From Trypanosoma brucei (lineage: Eukaryota), in contig CH464491.1 of the NCBI GenBank assembly GCA_000002445.1, positions 2,144,001 to 2,208,000 of the forward strand: a stretch of 64,000 nt of DNA, in the 5' to 3' direction. A program made the position numbers and the translations under genes. Below the pieces are notes generated by a model that saw only the letters and a list, made by a program, of their open reading frames with translations, had not been told where the DNA came from and searched no databases. Of this stretch, positions 11,398 through 23,773 are shown one piece after another. The stretch's first letter is position 1. Every line of letters begins with the position of its first letter.

Positions 11398-13593
11398 GGA
11401 GGGGGATGATTTGTTTTTCCCTCAACATATGAAGGCACATCGCCGTTAATTATATAATTGTACTCGTATTTGTATACGCTTGCATGCCTTTACTGCGGCG
11501 TCTCCCTCCCCTGCTCTCCTTTTCCTTTTCCATTTCCTTTAAAAAAAAAAAAGAAATTGTCGAGAAGAGGAACTCCGAAACAAAAAAAAAGGGAGGGAAA
11601 AGACAAAATAAAGAAGATAAAAGCAAAGTAAAGTAAAGTAAAAAAAAAAAAGTAAAGAAAAGAAAAGTAAAATAATGGAAGCGAGGGCGGAGGAAACCAC
11701 TCAATGCAGATGAGCGTGTGAAATATGTGCAAAGGAAACCAAAACCAAAAAGGGGGAAAAAAAGGAAAGAATGGAGGCTGGTGTGCGACTAAAGATAAGA
11801 TCATACAAAATTATGTCAAAATATGAAAACAAAAATTCCCTTTGTCGTTCTTTCTTTTTTCTTTTTTGTTTGATTTCACTCCAGCAGACATATATATATA
11901 TTTTTTTTTAATAATTTTCCTTCTACCATTACCACCATCCAAACCTTTCTCTTCACCCTCTTCCTTTTAACTTCTCTACATGAAACATACAGAAAATATA
12001 TACATTTACCGTATATTCCATGCGCAACATGTGCATATTCCGAATCCGTACACTCGTATACATTTTTATTTTCATTTTTATTTTTATTTTTATTTTTTAA
12101 AAGGGAAAAGAAAAAAACACAAACACAAACACTTTTTAAAGGCCATTTTCGCATTTCCCTCCACCTCCTGCGTCATGTCATATCAAACTGAAAGCGCAAC
12201 CACACATTTTCAAACACGCAACTCGTGATTAATTGGCACGCAACCATTACGACTTTTTTTTTTCACAAAAAAAAAAAAGAAAGAAAATATCAAAGAACGG
12301 GGAAAAGAAGAAGTCCCTTCCCTTCCCATCCCATTTCTCTCGATCTCTTTTTTTTTTGTTGTTTTTGCTTATTTGTTTGTTTCTTTTGTTTTCTTTTTTC
12401 TTCCCCTCTTTCCCTCTTCTTATTTTAATTTTTTTTTTTAAAAAGAAAAAGAAAACAAAAGTTGATTCGTTTCCAATAAATGTCACCACAGCGTCGGTGG
12501 ATGAGGAGGCACTAAAGTGACGTAAGTCGGAGGTGGTAGTGAAGATTAAAAACACGGGAAAAGCGAAAGGGAAAAAAAGAAAAAAAGAAAAGGGGAAGGG
12601 AAAAAAGAAAAAGAAAAAGAATTAATTCCGATGCCACGTCATTACCAAAAATAGGCGTTTTTTTTCTTTTATTTTTCTTTTTAATTTCCTCTTTTTTACT
12701 TCTTCAAAACCTTACAATCCGCAGGGGCGTGTTTTCGTCAAAGTAATAACGACTAAGCCTCCATCACTACGGCAAGCAATGAATTTAAAAAAAAAAAGAA
12801 TCACAAAAATGAATAAAGAATTCAGCGCCTCACAACATAATTGTAGTAATGAAAAGTAATAATGGCTGATACACAACTTCCCAACTTCCTCCTCTCTCTC
12901 ACATGTGGTCGTTCATACTTTTGAATTTTACAAATAAAGACGAGAAGAAAGCAAAAGGAAATCCAACAATAAAAAACAAAAAGGTAAAAAAGAAAGAAAG
13001 AGAAGAAACCCCCTTTTTTTTTCCTGCTGTTTGACACTTATCTTTTCTTTTCTTTTTTTTCTTTTCTTTTCTTTTTTCTCCTCATGCCCCGCCATGTTAT
13101 TCTTCTTTTTTTCCTCCTCCTCCTCCTCCTCCTCCCATCCACATGGTAAGAACAAACACACATACAAAGACACAAACACAGAAGACAAAGGAAAAAAGAA
13201 AAAACAACAACATTATAAAAGGAGAGAAAACAGGTAGCGGTGGCAGTCATAACAGCAGCAGCATCAACATCAACAGCGACATTAACAGCGACAAAGGTAA
13301 AACCATCCCACTAAAAGAATAGTTACTTAGAAAGAGAACAAAAGAAAATGACAAAACAGGACGAAGGCGTGCGCGCGTGTAGTTATCTTTTTTTTTTTTA
13401 AAAAAAAAGAAAAAGGAAAAAAAGGAAAAGAAGAAAGCGGAACAGTCAGTGGGGAGCGGCCGAGCCTGCGGCGTATTAGTGAAGCAAAGGGTCAAAAAGC
13501 ATTTTTTACCGGCAAAAAAAAAAAGTTTCTTATCGGCCAAATCAATAATATCACAAACACATACCACAAAAAAAAAAAAAGGTAACTGACACC
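6398..13593. repeat. 7.2 kb low-complexity spacer (poly-dA/dT, (TA)n, (AAC)n, (AAT)n, purine/pyrimidine tracts) between two same-strand genes
   Basis: No ORF with protein-like composition in any frame. Track ORFs here are Phe/Lys/Asn-rich translations of homopolymer runs. Homopolymers and microsatellites are dense throughout. Confidence 0.85.
9972..10028. repeat. (TA)n / (ATTAT)n microsatellite
   Basis: catatatatatatatatatatatatatatatattatattatattattatatatatatat. Confidence 0.9.
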
Positions 13594-15237
13594 TTAAGAG
13601 AGTAAGCACAGCGGAACTATAACGGCGCCCACGGGGCAATGATCACTCGGACAGTTTGGTGCTGGAAGATTTGTGCTTGATGACAGCCTTAACACATCTG
13701 TACAACCAAGATGCCTCTTGTCTATGAGAATGTGGTCATATACTTTACCTTTACCGCCATCTCCCGGATCCACAAATGATACACGCCGCGGATGGCGTTC
13801 CCTGTAAATTTCATAAACATCCGTTAGAGCCAATGAGTGCCCGGCTGCAGGGGCCGTGAAACCGCTACATGTACCACCACCTCCCGCTCCACAGGGCGAT
13901 TCAACCATTGGGGTCCCTGATTTGCTATTTTCCACATCAACATCAGTGTCGCGTGAAATAGGACTAAAAGCACCAGTTTCCCTACCAGGTGTTCCGCACC
14001 ATGCACCAACATTACTGCTTTCGGGGAGCGAGCCGTTCAAAGCATACGCGATCGGCGGCTCCCACGACTCGGAGTTAAAGTCACCACCGAGCACAACTGC
14101 TACGATTGGACACTCTCCATTTGAGTTTTCTATGTGACTCTCGTGTTCCCCCTTAACTTGTTCAATATAACTCATTACGCGGTGCAGCTGCCACAACTGG
14201 CACCGTGAGCCGCTCCAAAGGAGGTGAAGATTGCACACCACATATATTACATTTGGTTTGTTCAGATCACGCAAAACGGTTATAAGAGCTACATTGTGGG
14301 ACATTCTCCGCAAACTCCGTCGTTCACTTTGTGTGAGGGTCTTATCAGCATTAGCTATTTCATTGAGTCGAATGGGAATAACTTCAAGTAACTCAAAGCG
14401 GTCCTTCAAGAAAAATGTAGCAACACCCTCCAAATCAGACCGCGGTGGCTCCACCGTTTTCTCAGCAGCGACATCATTAGAACGGCGGCTCTCCACAGTT
14501 CCTGAAGGGGAAGGCTTGGAAGACGAAGTGGTCACTTCTTGGAAAACTACGGCCTGAGCTCCGTCAGTTGAAGAATCAAAACTTGTATGGCGAGGTCGGC
14601 CCGACAAATCTGTGACCACTACATGGTTACCGATGAAGCCATGCTTTTCCCGCAAATTCTCGCCCAGTAAGCCGGGTTTCCCAAACACATCAACACTGAT
14701 TTCTTGTAGCAAAATGATGTCAGGATCTGCCTGAAGTAACTCCTGTTCTGCAAATCCACAGCGGTAGTCCTCCGCGAGGGCAAACGGAGGGCAGCGCGGA
14801 TAGCGCTGCATGGAGAGAAACCGCTGCGCTAAAATATTGTAACATACAAGCCTAACGACTCCGTTGTTTGACAATGCCTGTGATGAGACACCCAAATCTG
14901 TCTTGGACCATCCACGGAAGACGGTTCTATTGCTGTTACAATCCCCTTCAATGGCCTCTGGACAATCGTTCTGCAGTGTCTCGACACATAAACTGAGAAA
15001 ACTCCCGCCGAGCAATTTTTCGCGTCGTTCCTGAAGTGTTGTCCGATGAGTCGGTGATGCTGTTGATACTCCCAACGAAGGGAAACCTTCTGCCACTTGG
15101 TCATCAGTTGGTTGGAATGATGCGAGTCCAGAAGAATTCGTGTCATTCCGTGTCATGGGTGGACTGGATTCATCCTTTCCGATATCGAGGAAATGATGCG
15201 GGATTGCAAGTGGGGAGTTAGGCATTGTTGTATACAT
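13594..15237 (-). CDS. Endonuclease/exonuclease/phosphatase (EEP) family nuclease of the CCR4/nocturnin/PDE12 type
   Basis: LVCYNILAQRF...YRCGFAEQELLQADPDIILLQEI matches the CCR4 catalytic N and E motifs. C-terminal SDHCPV matches the EEP SDHxP motif. 547-aa uninterrupted ORF. Confidence 0.8.
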   Translation of the reverse strand: MYTTMPNSPLAIPHHFLDIGKDESSPPMTRNDTNSSGLASFQPTDDQVAEGFPSLGVSTASPTHRTTLQERREKLLGGSFLSLCVETLQNDCPEAIEGDCNSNRTVFRGWSKTDLGVSSQALSNNGVVRLVCYNILAQRFLSMQRYPRCPPFALAEDYRCGFAEQELLQADPDIILLQEISVDVFGKPGLLGENLREKHGFIGNHVVVTDLSGRPRHTSFDSSTDGAQAVVFQEVTTSSSKPSPSGTVESRRSNDVAAEKTVEPPRSDLEGVATFFLKDRFELLEVIPIRLNEIANADKTLTQSERRSLRRMSHNVALITVLRDLNKPNVIYVVCNLHLLWSGSRCQLWQLHRVMSYIEQVKGEHESHIENSNGECPIVAVVLGGDFNSESWEPPIAYALNGSLPESSNVGAWCGTPGRETGAFSPISRDTDVDVENSKSGTPMVESPCGAGGGGTCSGFTAPAAGHSLALTDVYEIYRERHPRRVSFVDPGDGGKGKVYDHILIDKRHLGCTDVLRLSSSTNLPAPNCPSDHCPVGAVIVPLCLLS

Positions 15238-15337
15238 GAATGAAATGCCCCACTAATAAGTCTTAAAATTACCTATCCTTCCCCCGTTCCCTATGCGTTC
15301 AACTTCTCTTCTTTTTTTTCTCTCTCTTTTTTTTTCT

Positions 15338-15340
<3 letters not shown>

Positions 15341-15368
<28 letters not shown>
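15341..15368. repeat. (TA)14 microsatellite in the spacer upstream of the EEP nuclease gene
   Basis: tatatatatatatatatatatatatata. Confidence 0.9.
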
Positions 15369-16092
15369 CTTGATTCCCGCTCTATCGGTTTCTTCTTTCC
15401 CTCTCGTGCCCCTTTTCGAAGCCCTTTCTCACGGGAAAAGATACAAAATATCTGTGTGTATCTATGTACGTGTACAGAAAGGTATTGCTTTCTTTCTGAC
15501 CGAGCTGCGTATCGAGTGATATAAACCGTCGGGTGAGCGGAAGGGGGAAAAGTAAAAATGGGAGAAATAGAAATGGAAGCGCGAGCGGGAGAAAGGGGGA
15601 GTGAAGAAAAGAAGGTGAGAGGACGAACTTTAAAATTTAAAAAAAAAGAAACTACAGCAAATAACATGCACAGAAGAAAAAAACGCAACAGAAAGTGCCT
15701 ACGTAAATTCGCAGGATAATATAATTTCACTTGGAAACGACCCGAACATGAGCCAAACTATATGTTCTCTACAGCGTGCTGTGCAACGTATATCTATAGA
15801 TCCGGAACCGCAGAGCGGTGCAAACTTAGATGAGCAACAACGAGGAAACAGTCCCTCACATGTATGTCCACCGTAAGTGGAAACACCCGGCTTGCGCGAG
15901 CCCGAGACGCCTGTTGCGCGTTTCATACGCTATTTTTCAGGTAATCGCCCGAGTATATACGATAGGTAACGCCCCTATGGTTAAATGTACAGGATACTTC
16001 AAAGGGGGGAAGAAGGGAGAGACAAGTAACGAAATAACAAAAACAAAAACAAAAAGTAAAACGCGCGCGAATATTGTGTTCTGCGCAGAAAA

Positions 16093-16905
16093 CTACCGGC
16101 TCCTGCCATATGAAGCATGGATGGTACCCTTCAAATTATCATATTCCTTCTCACGTGACTCTAGAAGTTGTCGAAGCTCCCGTAGCTTCTTCTCTGCATT
16201 AAGTTTCGCCCGTCCCTCCTTTGTGGAAGAAAGTTTGTCCTCACCTAGAAGTCCATAATTAAGTGCCTTTAGGTACTCGTGGCGCTTCTTTAGGCATTTT
16301 ATGGACTCTTCTTGCTGTTCATATTCAGTCCTCAGCGCAGCGGCTTCCTTTTCAGGTACATTGAAGAGCACCTGCTTCTGTAGTGCGGCGCAGCGTTCAT
16401 GAAGTTGAACATCTCGCTTTTCTACAGCCCTCCACTCCTCATTCAGCTCCTTCAGCCTGTCGCGCAGAGCATGTTGTTCATTGTATTGCTTACTACGAAG
16501 ATCATCTCGGACGCGCTCATCTGCCTGTGCTTCAACTATGGCGGTGGTTAGGTTTGAGTGAGCGATGCCCAATGACTCTACCTCCATGTTGATTTGCCTT
16601 ACTTCTTGCAACACTGCAACAGTTTGGTTGTGCAAATCAGCTACATCTGGGTGCCTCACCATGCTTCCGCCATTAGATCTAAGTTTTGCTAACTTCCTAC
16701 GAAGCGCTGCATTTTCGCGAGTGAGCCGTCGCTTTTCTGCATCAGACTCACTTTCCCCGCTCTTACCATCTGCCCTACCGGCCTGTCGTGCGCGAAGCAC
16801 ATCTAACCGCACACGTTCCCTCTCCAACTGCTCTGTGTACGATTTCAACTCCCTCTCCAATCTCTCTACATCTCGCTTCACCAATCCCCCTCTAAGTGCC
16901 CGCAT
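16093..16905 (-). CDS. Coiled-coil protein (270 aa), function unknown
   Basis: Continuous heptad-like E/R/K/L-rich sequence (ERLERELKSYTEQLERERVRLDVLRARQ...) with no enzymatic motifs. Confidence 0.55.
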   Translation of the reverse strand: MRALRGGLVKRDVERLERELKSYTEQLERERVRLDVLRARQAGRADGKSGESESDAEKRRLTRENAALRRKLAKLRSNGGSMVRHPDVADLHNQTVAVLQEVRQINMEVESLGIAHSNLTTAIVEAQADERVRDDLRSKQYNEQHALRDRLKELNEEWRAVEKRDVQLHERCAALQKQVLFNVPEKEAAALRTEYEQQEESIKCLKKRHEYLKALNYGLLGEDKLSSTKEGRAKLNAEKKLRELRQLLESREKEYDNLKGTIHASYGRSR

Positions 16906-17941
16906 GGGACACTAGCGGCCAAGGGGACACTCACGGCAGTGACTCAATAACAATTACGTCACCGCACAAAGTGATTCGATTGGGGGGGGGAATGGGAAGA
17001 AAAAATAAACTAAAAAAAACGAAACACCCAAGCGTTACTGTTCACAGTTGTGTTTCACGTTCCGACTTATGGCACCCAAGCAACCATGAACAGTGATTTA
17101 TTATTATTTTTTTGTATGTGTGATAGAGAGAAAAAGAAAAAAGGGGAGATTAGCGAAAGGAAGGCAAGAGTATATGGCAAACCATGCGGGGCGCACAGTG
17201 GAGAAGACAAAACGAGGCAAACAGAATTATATGCCCAATATTGTGCCCACACGAGGGCGAAGAAAAGCATGTAGTAACGGCTACCATGGAAATGGCAATA
17301 GAGCCATAAATTATCTATGTAAACTGAGAAAGCGGAAGAATGCGTGTAAAAATTTACACCTTGCAGAGAGCACAAATAGCGGAGAAATGCAGCCCAATCT
17401 ATTGTTCATATTTTTTTTTATTTATATCTTGTATTTTAGCCATTCTCCAAGAACGCTGAATCCACCTATCCCCGTTATCCCAACGGACGCAGAAGGGGAA
17501 GACGACCTCGCAGAAAAAAAAACGAAAAAGAAAAGAGCACAAAGGTAAATGAATATTAGTTATCCCCGTCACCCGAGGTCCATCCCTTCACGGCATCTCC
17601 ACACGCACGACACAAAAAAAAAACACGGGTCTAAGGAATAACGTGTAGACGAAAAACCGGGTGAGTAGAAGAACGAAGAGAGGTAACAAGAATAAAAGTT
17701 GCAGAGTAATTCCTTTTTCCTTCATTTTCCGCGTATTAAAGTTCCTTCTTTTAAGAGGGAGGAAATATTTACGAAAAAAACAAAAACACAGTCAAGAGGG
17801 GAGATCGTACGTATAGATATATATGTACATACATACACATATATACGTACTCATGTAAAATTACCTGTTCATGTGTTTGGATCATCGTCTCCACTGGCTA
17901 AATTGGGGGCCCTCATCGAATAAAAGACGCTACAGAGGTAT

Positions 17942-20458
17942 CTACGAACCACAATTCAGGCATCCCCCATCACCGTCTGTGTCTGGGGGTCCGTTGAGAT
18001 TAGGAGCTCCAGCATTTGAATGGTTCGCCGTCGGCTTCTCCCCAGCCCGCTTCCTTTTTCCTCGGCCCACACTTCCGTGTACTTCCTCTTTACTTTGCTT
18101 ATCCGGCTTCGGCAGTTCTTTCATTGCCTTGGGGTCGAGTGTAAATTTGATGGCATCAGCGGCAGGTTGAGAGCGTAAGTAATACATACCGGTCTTAAGG
18201 CCTTTCTTCCACGAATAGAAATGCATAGAAGTGAGTTGACTGGAGGTGGGTGTTCCCAGAAAGAGATTTAGGCTCTGGCTCTGATCGATATACCTCCCCC
18301 GGTCGGCTGCCATGTCAATCAAATCCTTCTGTCGGATCTCCCATACGACCTTGTAAAGCTCTCTGATCCGTTCCGGTATCTCCTTGATGCCGCTAACAGA
18401 GCCATTTAATGCGATAATCTTTCTTCGCATATCATCGTTCCACAATTGAAGCCGAATGAGCTCCTTTACAAGGTGTTTGTTTACAACTGGAAACTCCCCG
18501 CTTAAGACCCGGCGCACGTAGATATTGGAAGTAAAGGGTTCGATGCACTCATTGTTACCAAGGATCTGCGACGTAGATGCCGTTGGCATGGGCGCAACTA
18601 ACAGCGAGTTACGCATACCAACCTTGACCACACGCTCCTTGAGGCTATCCCAGTCCCAGAGTCCGCAGTGTGAATGCACAGAGTCCTCGTTCATACCTCT
18701 TATCCTACGCTCCTCATCCCACAGATCAAACTGCAGTTTCCCTTCCGAAGCAGGGCTTCCTTTAAACGTTTCATAGGGCCCGTCCTTTTCAGCCAATTCC
18801 GTACTTGCTTCCACAGCTGCAAAGTAAATGGTCTCGAAGATTTGTCTATTCAACTTCTTTGCCTCGGGGTGTGCGAATGGCAGGGAAAGCAGTGCAAACG
18901 TATCCGCCAGTCCCTGGACACCGATACCCACAGGGCGATGCCTCAAATTACTGTATCGGGCCTCACGCACTGGATAGTGGTTGCGATCAATCACCCGGTT
19001 AAGATTTCTGGTCACAACCTTTGTCACCTCCTTCAATGCAACGTAGTCAAATGCGCCATCCTTCACAAAACGCGGAAGGGCAATAGAGGCTAGGTTGCAT
19101 ACGGCCACCTCGTCCCTCGAAGTGTACTCGACAATTTCCGTGCACAAATTTGAGCATTTTATCGTGCCGAGATTTTTCTGATTAGACTTGAAATTACATG
19201 CATCCTTGTAAAGCATAAAAGGAACCCCCGTTTCCACCTGAGACTCAAGGATAAGGAACCACAGTTCCTGGGCCTGAATAGTTCTTACGCCACGACCTTC
19301 CCTTTCATATCGCTCATATAAATCAGTAAACTCTTGGCCATAACAGTCACTCAAAAAGGGGGCTGTGTTGGGGTCCATAAGCGTCCAAGTCCCATGACTC
19401 TCAACTCGTTCCATAAACAGGTCAGGAATCCACAGACCGTAAAACAAGTCCCGCGCACGCTGATCCTCCTTGCCCGTATTTTTCTTCAGAAGGAGGAAAC
19501 CAAAGATATCCGCGTGCCAGGGCTCCAAATAAATAGCAAAGGCGCCCTTGCGCTTGCCACCGCCCTGGTCAACATAGCGAGCAGTGTTATTCCACACACG
19601 AAGCATGGGGACCAGACCATTCGACGTACCATTTGTCCCGGCGATGTAGCTCCCCGCTGCGCGAATGTTGTGCATGTGGATCCCGATCCCACCAGCTGAT
19701 TTGCTGATGATCGCACACTGTTTGAGTGTGTCGTAGATGCCATCAATACTGTCTTCACGCATAGCTACAAGAAAGCATGAACTCATTTGTGGGAATGGGG
19801 TCCCCGCATTGAATAACGTTGGAGTAGCGTGGGTAAAAAACCCTTGCGACATGTAGTCATATGTCTCCTTCACACGTTCCAAGTCCTCTCCATGGATACC
19901 GAGGGCAACACGCAGGAACATCTGTTGTGGACGCTCCACCACTTCCATAACTCCCCGCCCCTTATCGACACGAAGGAGGTAAGAACGCTCAAGTGTCTTG
20001 TACCCGAAATACTCAAAATCAAAATCCCGCTCGTAATTAATGATTTGCTGCAACGCCGCAGAGTGCTTATTTGCGATATCCCACAATTCTTCTGATATAA
20101 GGGGAGCATGCCGCCTCGTTGCCTGCGAAACATGTTCGTGTAGCACCCTAAAAGAATCCAGTACACTTTCTGTCGTCGTCTTGTGCAAAGCTGTTACAGC
20201 CAACCGGCCAGCCAGCAGACCGTAATCGGGATGCTTTGTTACGCAATAAGCAGCAGTTTCAGCCAGCAGTTCATCCAACATTGAGGTGCTCATACCTTCC
20301 CGCACCCCCTCCCCCACTACACGAACAAGGTCATCAACATCAACATAATAAGAATCAATCCCGGACATAAGGTTGACGATGCGGCTGCGCACGACTTTTT
20401 CATCATACGGTTCCACAGACCCATCACGTTTGGTCACAAGCTTCACCGTTTCCAACAT
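17942..20458 (-). CDS. RNR1: Ribonucleoside-diphosphate reductase large subunit (R1)
   Basis: N-terminal ATP-cone ([20 protein letters not shown]), catalytic region [11 protein letters not shown]-terminal redox cysteines GGCLNCGS. Collinear with class Ia R1 over 838 aa. Confidence 0.95.
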   Translation of the reverse strand: MLETVKLVTKRDGSVEPYDEKVVRSRIVNLMSGIDSYYVDVDDLVRVVGEGVREGMSTSMLDELLAETAAYCVTKHPDYGLLAGRLAVTALHKTTTESVLDSFRVLHEHVSQATRRHAPLISEELWDIANKHSAALQQIINYERDFDFEYFGYKTLERSYLLRVDKGRGVMEVVERPQQMFLRVALGIHGEDLERVKETYDYMSQGFFTHATPTLFNAGTPFPQMSSCFLVAMREDSIDGIYDTLKQCAIISKSAGGIGIHMHNIRAAGSYIAGTNGTSNGLVPMLRVWNNTARYVDQGGGKRKGAFAIYLEPWHADIFGFLLLKKNTGKEDQRARDLFYGLWIPDLFMERVESHGTWTLMDPNTAPFLSDCYGQEFTDLYERYEREGRGVRTIQAQELWFLILESQVETGVPFMLYKDACNFKSNQKNLGTIKCSNLCTEIVEYTSRDEVAVCNLASIALPRFVKDGAFDYVALKEVTKVVTRNLNRVIDRNHYPVREARYSNLRHRPVGIGVQGLADTFALLSLPFAHPEAKKLNRQIFETIYFAAVEASTELAEKDGPYETFKGSPASEGKLQFDLWDEERRIRGMNEDSVHSHCGLWDWDSLKERVVKVGMRNSLLVAPMPTASTSQILGNNECIEPFTSNIYVRRVLSGEFPVVNKHLVKELIRLQLWNDDMRRKIIALNGSVSGIKEIPERIRELYKVVWEIRQKDLIDMAADRGRYIDQSQSLNLFLGTPTSSQLTSMHFYSWKKGLKTGMYYLRSQPAADAIKFTLDPKAMKELPKPDKQSKEEVHGSVGRGKRKRAGEKPTANHSNAGAPNLNGPPDTDGDGGCLNCGS

Positions 20459-21492
20459 TATTTTAGGTACTGCAAACGAAAAATTTTTTAAAAAGCCGCT
20501 CTGCTTCCTATCTCTCTGTTGAAAACCAACGTGTTTAACTGCAAAATAATATTTATAATGATAATTATCATTATTATTGAGGCGTGAGGGAAAGAGAGGA
20601 GGGGAAGAAAGAAGAAAGGTTCAAACAGTACATCTCAAGCATATGAGGAGCAACCTCATGTCAGTCATTGCATTGGTCACAGACGTTGTTTCTCCTTCCC
20701 CCCTTTTTAACACACAAACATAAAAACTCGAACACGCGCGCCTCCTTCACATGTTTATCGCAACCACCTAACACCTTGTGTTTAACTGGAAACAGGAAAA
20801 GATAGATAAAAGGGGGAAAATGAAGTCACAAACAACAAAGACGTTAAAACACGGGTAAATATACACAACTCGGCCGTCTCGCTACCGTGTGGAAGTCGAG
20901 AAACGCGTACAATCGCCATCACGCCAGGAGGGAACGAAATCTGCTTCATAGATGCGCACGTACGTGCAGTTGTAAATAAGGGAGGTGTTGCAAATAGCAG
21001 CAGAAAAAGGAGAAAAGGGAGGTAAGTAACCTCGGTGCATTGCTAAACATGGTGGGAGGCACATAAAATAAGACAAGCTAATCCCTTTTCGCCTGCCTCA
21101 AAGTCTGGTTCCTCATTTTTTTTTCCTTTCTTTCACTCTCCCGCCTCGCGATGTGCGAGGGACTGAATAGAAAAGAACCACTGGTACGCATTAAATTTTG
21201 TTTTGTTTTTTTTTTAAAGGAAAGGAAGAAGGGACGTCAAGTTCTTTTCAAGGAATCCCCACTGCCAGTTAACCGTTTCACTCCGTCCTCCTCCTCCTCC
21301 TCCCTCGCCTCTTTCCTTCGGCGCTCCTTTCGGTCATTAGCCCACACATGTGTACGCTCACACACCCCATATGGTACTTAACAAATGAAGAAACTAAGAG
21401 AAAGCGTACCCCTCACCACACAGACAAAAATACACTCCCTTTCCCCTTTCCTCCCTTCTTCCCTAAAAAGAAAAAGTGAGAAACATGGGACA

Positions 21493-22014
21493 CTACCCGA
21501 GCCGCCTAATAAGGCACCAATTCAGCACAAACACCTGCACAGGCCTTCTTCCCACGCACCGTAACATATAGATACCCTCCGGTAAAATCACTCGCACCTT
21601 TTCAACTTCCCCTTCCCTAACAGAAGCAATACTGAGCCACTTATTAGAAGGACTCCTCAACCCAAACAAGTCGGCCGCCATTATCTGCAGCGAAACCCTT
21701 CCATCACTTCCATCGTGTGATGAGGAACTGGAGGTCGTGGGTGACCGTGATGCAACACTTGTCAGTTGCATGCGTTTCTCCACTTCTAGCGTAAATATAT
21801 TGCCCTGCCGAATTTCGAACGCATCACCCTTTTTCACAATTGACATAGTCTCCGTAAACCAATATTCACTATTCAAGCAGCGGGGAGGTGGTTTGACGAG
21901 GCGTACCGTATTTCTGTTTTGCATAAAGCTAATGCGCTTTCGTGGCGGTGATGAGACACCAGTGTTTCCCTGTGAAGACTTCTTAGCGCTAGACCTCTGC
22001 ATAGACACCACCAT
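21493..22014 (-). CDS. Hypothetical protein (~174 aa)
   Basis: Track ORF 21493..22149. The first 45 codons come from a (CA)n/(GT)n microsatellite and polypyrimidine region, so the Met at 22014 (MVVSMQRSS...) is the likelier start. Ser-rich and non-repetitive. Confidence 0.35.
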   Translation of the reverse strand: MVVSMQRSSAKKSSQGNTGVSSPPRKRISFMQNRNTVRLVKPPPRCLNSEYWFTETMSIVKKGDAFEIRQGNIFTLEVEKRMQLTSVASRSPTTSSSSSHDGSDGRVSLQIMAADLFGLRSPSNKWLSIASVREGEVEKVRVILPEGIYMLRCVGRRPVQVFVLNWCLIRRLG

Positions 22015-22053
22015 TTTCTTCTCTTTTTCCCCCTCCTTCTTTGCTTTGCCTTG

Positions 22054-22087
22054 CGTGTATGTATGTATGTGTGTGTGTGTGTGTGTT
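22054..22087. repeat. (GTAT)n(GT)n microsatellite
   Basis: gtgtatgtatgtatgtgtgtgtgtgtgtgtgtt. Confidence 0.9.
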
Positions 22088-23773
22088 ATTATGTGCTGAA
22101 CCGCGCTACCGTCGTTGTGATATTCCCGTGTGCCTGTGTGAATGGCCACTGCCCTCCCCTATAATTGCTGACTATATAGACCTTTTCCCCTTTTTTTACC
22201 CACCTCACTTTGTTACCTTTCGGTTGATAGGACCCCGCTCCCGTTGCCACTCGTTAAATGGTTATTATATTTTTCTTGGAATTGGCCCCTGGTGTATCCC
22301 CTTTGGCTTCCTCCCGCTCGACTGCCCTCGGTTACAAACAGTTTGGTTGATAACCGACATTCCACAAGTACGGCCACAAACCCGGACAAGAAAAAAAAAA
22401 CAGTTCAAAAAGCAGAGGAAATGAAGGAAAAGTAAAGGCAAACACGCCCACAAAGTGGCCTCTAAAAGCGCATGCACATGTGCAAATACAGAGATAGAGG
22501 AAGTGTAGACAAAACGAAGAAATACGATGCGCAACACCGGTCCTTCCCTTCTCGCTGCATCCAAAAAATTAACTGCTTCCACTTCTGTGCCATGCCCACC
22601 TGAGAAGGGTTTCCAACAAGCGAGTGGGAGCTCAATACAAGAGGATATGTCTCTTCCACCCCAATAGCACTACACAGTACAAAAATCAGTAGCACTGTTT
22701 TACACACGCAACGTACATGACGAAACAACAACTGTTACACAAGCCTGAACCCTCTGGCATAAATAGAAAAATATGGACCTTCCACTTGTGTGCGCGATCA
22801 AATCCGCGCCTGTTTTTTTTTGTTTCAGACGGTGGCAGCCAGTGGGCCCAACGGCATAGAAAATTCTCACCTAGTAGTCGACCCACCGTCATCAAATCTG
22901 TTGGAGGAAGTTAAACATTGCCAGAAATAGAATTCACCTGCGCCAACTTTCTTCCTCGACCCCACTGCACCCTCTACTGTTTGTTCAGTTGGAGGCACGC
23001 CACTTGTTAGAACTTGGACTTCTGCGGAACACATTGAGTCAACACCAACAACTTCCAGCGAATGCCTCCTCATGTATGTTTTCCCTTTTGTTTTAAACTG
23101 CGTGGACGTTGCCTGATTTGTTTGTTTGCTTGCTTGCTTTTCCCTTCCACATTGTTTAATATTATTTTCATCCCATTGACTAAGATAGTTGCTGCAGTGC
23201 TGCCACACCACCACGTGAGCGCAACGCCTTTTCCTTTTGAGTCCTTCAAAGGAACGAATGAAACACCACGGCACTCGAGGTGGTTTTGGTGACGCATGGA
23301 AAATGTCCCACCAACTTCTGTCTCACAAACTGAAGGCAGACAATGTTAACCAAATAGTGGAAGGACAATGCAACCAGATCCGTGCAAAAAGATCAAAAAA
23401 ACAAGGAACTGGGCCAAACGTGGGCATACGCACTCCATTAAAGTGAAAATCACAAAGAAAGTAAAACGCATGCAGGGCACGGTAAGAACTTTAAAAAAAA
23501 AACAGCAGAAAGTCACGGGGCACGACAGTTGCACAAATAACTGCTATAAACGACGAGTAACATCTACGTGCCGCCAAAACAAATACTCAAAAACTAAAAC
23601 AGGTTATTGGCAGCCCCAAGCGAGGGACTCCTTAACCGAATTATCCCCTCCCATTCGATAAAGAACAAACGGAAGAAGGGAGACATGCAGGTATTTATTT
23701 TTTCTTTGTGCGGTCTATGGTGCGGACAGAACGGATAAGGAGTAACACATACCTGCAGATTATTCCTGCGGGG

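Noticed and set aside
18525-19093. Plus-strand ORFs antisense to RNR1; similar antisense ORFs inside MCM2, the TUTase, the phosphatase and the EEP nuclease
   Set aside because: They are embedded in strongly supported genes on the opposite strand. Overlapping genes are not expected in trypanosome polycistronic units.
22867-23274. 135-aa minus-strand ORF in the spacer between MCM2 and the upstream gene
   Set aside because: Composition is unremarkable, it lies in a UTR-like region, and it has no motif. It is more likely part of the MCM2 3' UTR or intergenic sequence than a gene.
23660-23700. gtctatgg resembling the reverse complement of the CAUAGAAG cell-cycle octamer near the MCM2 3' end
   Set aside because: It matches only 6 of 8 positions and is on the wrong side (3' rather than 5' UTR). 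Too weak to call a regulatory element.
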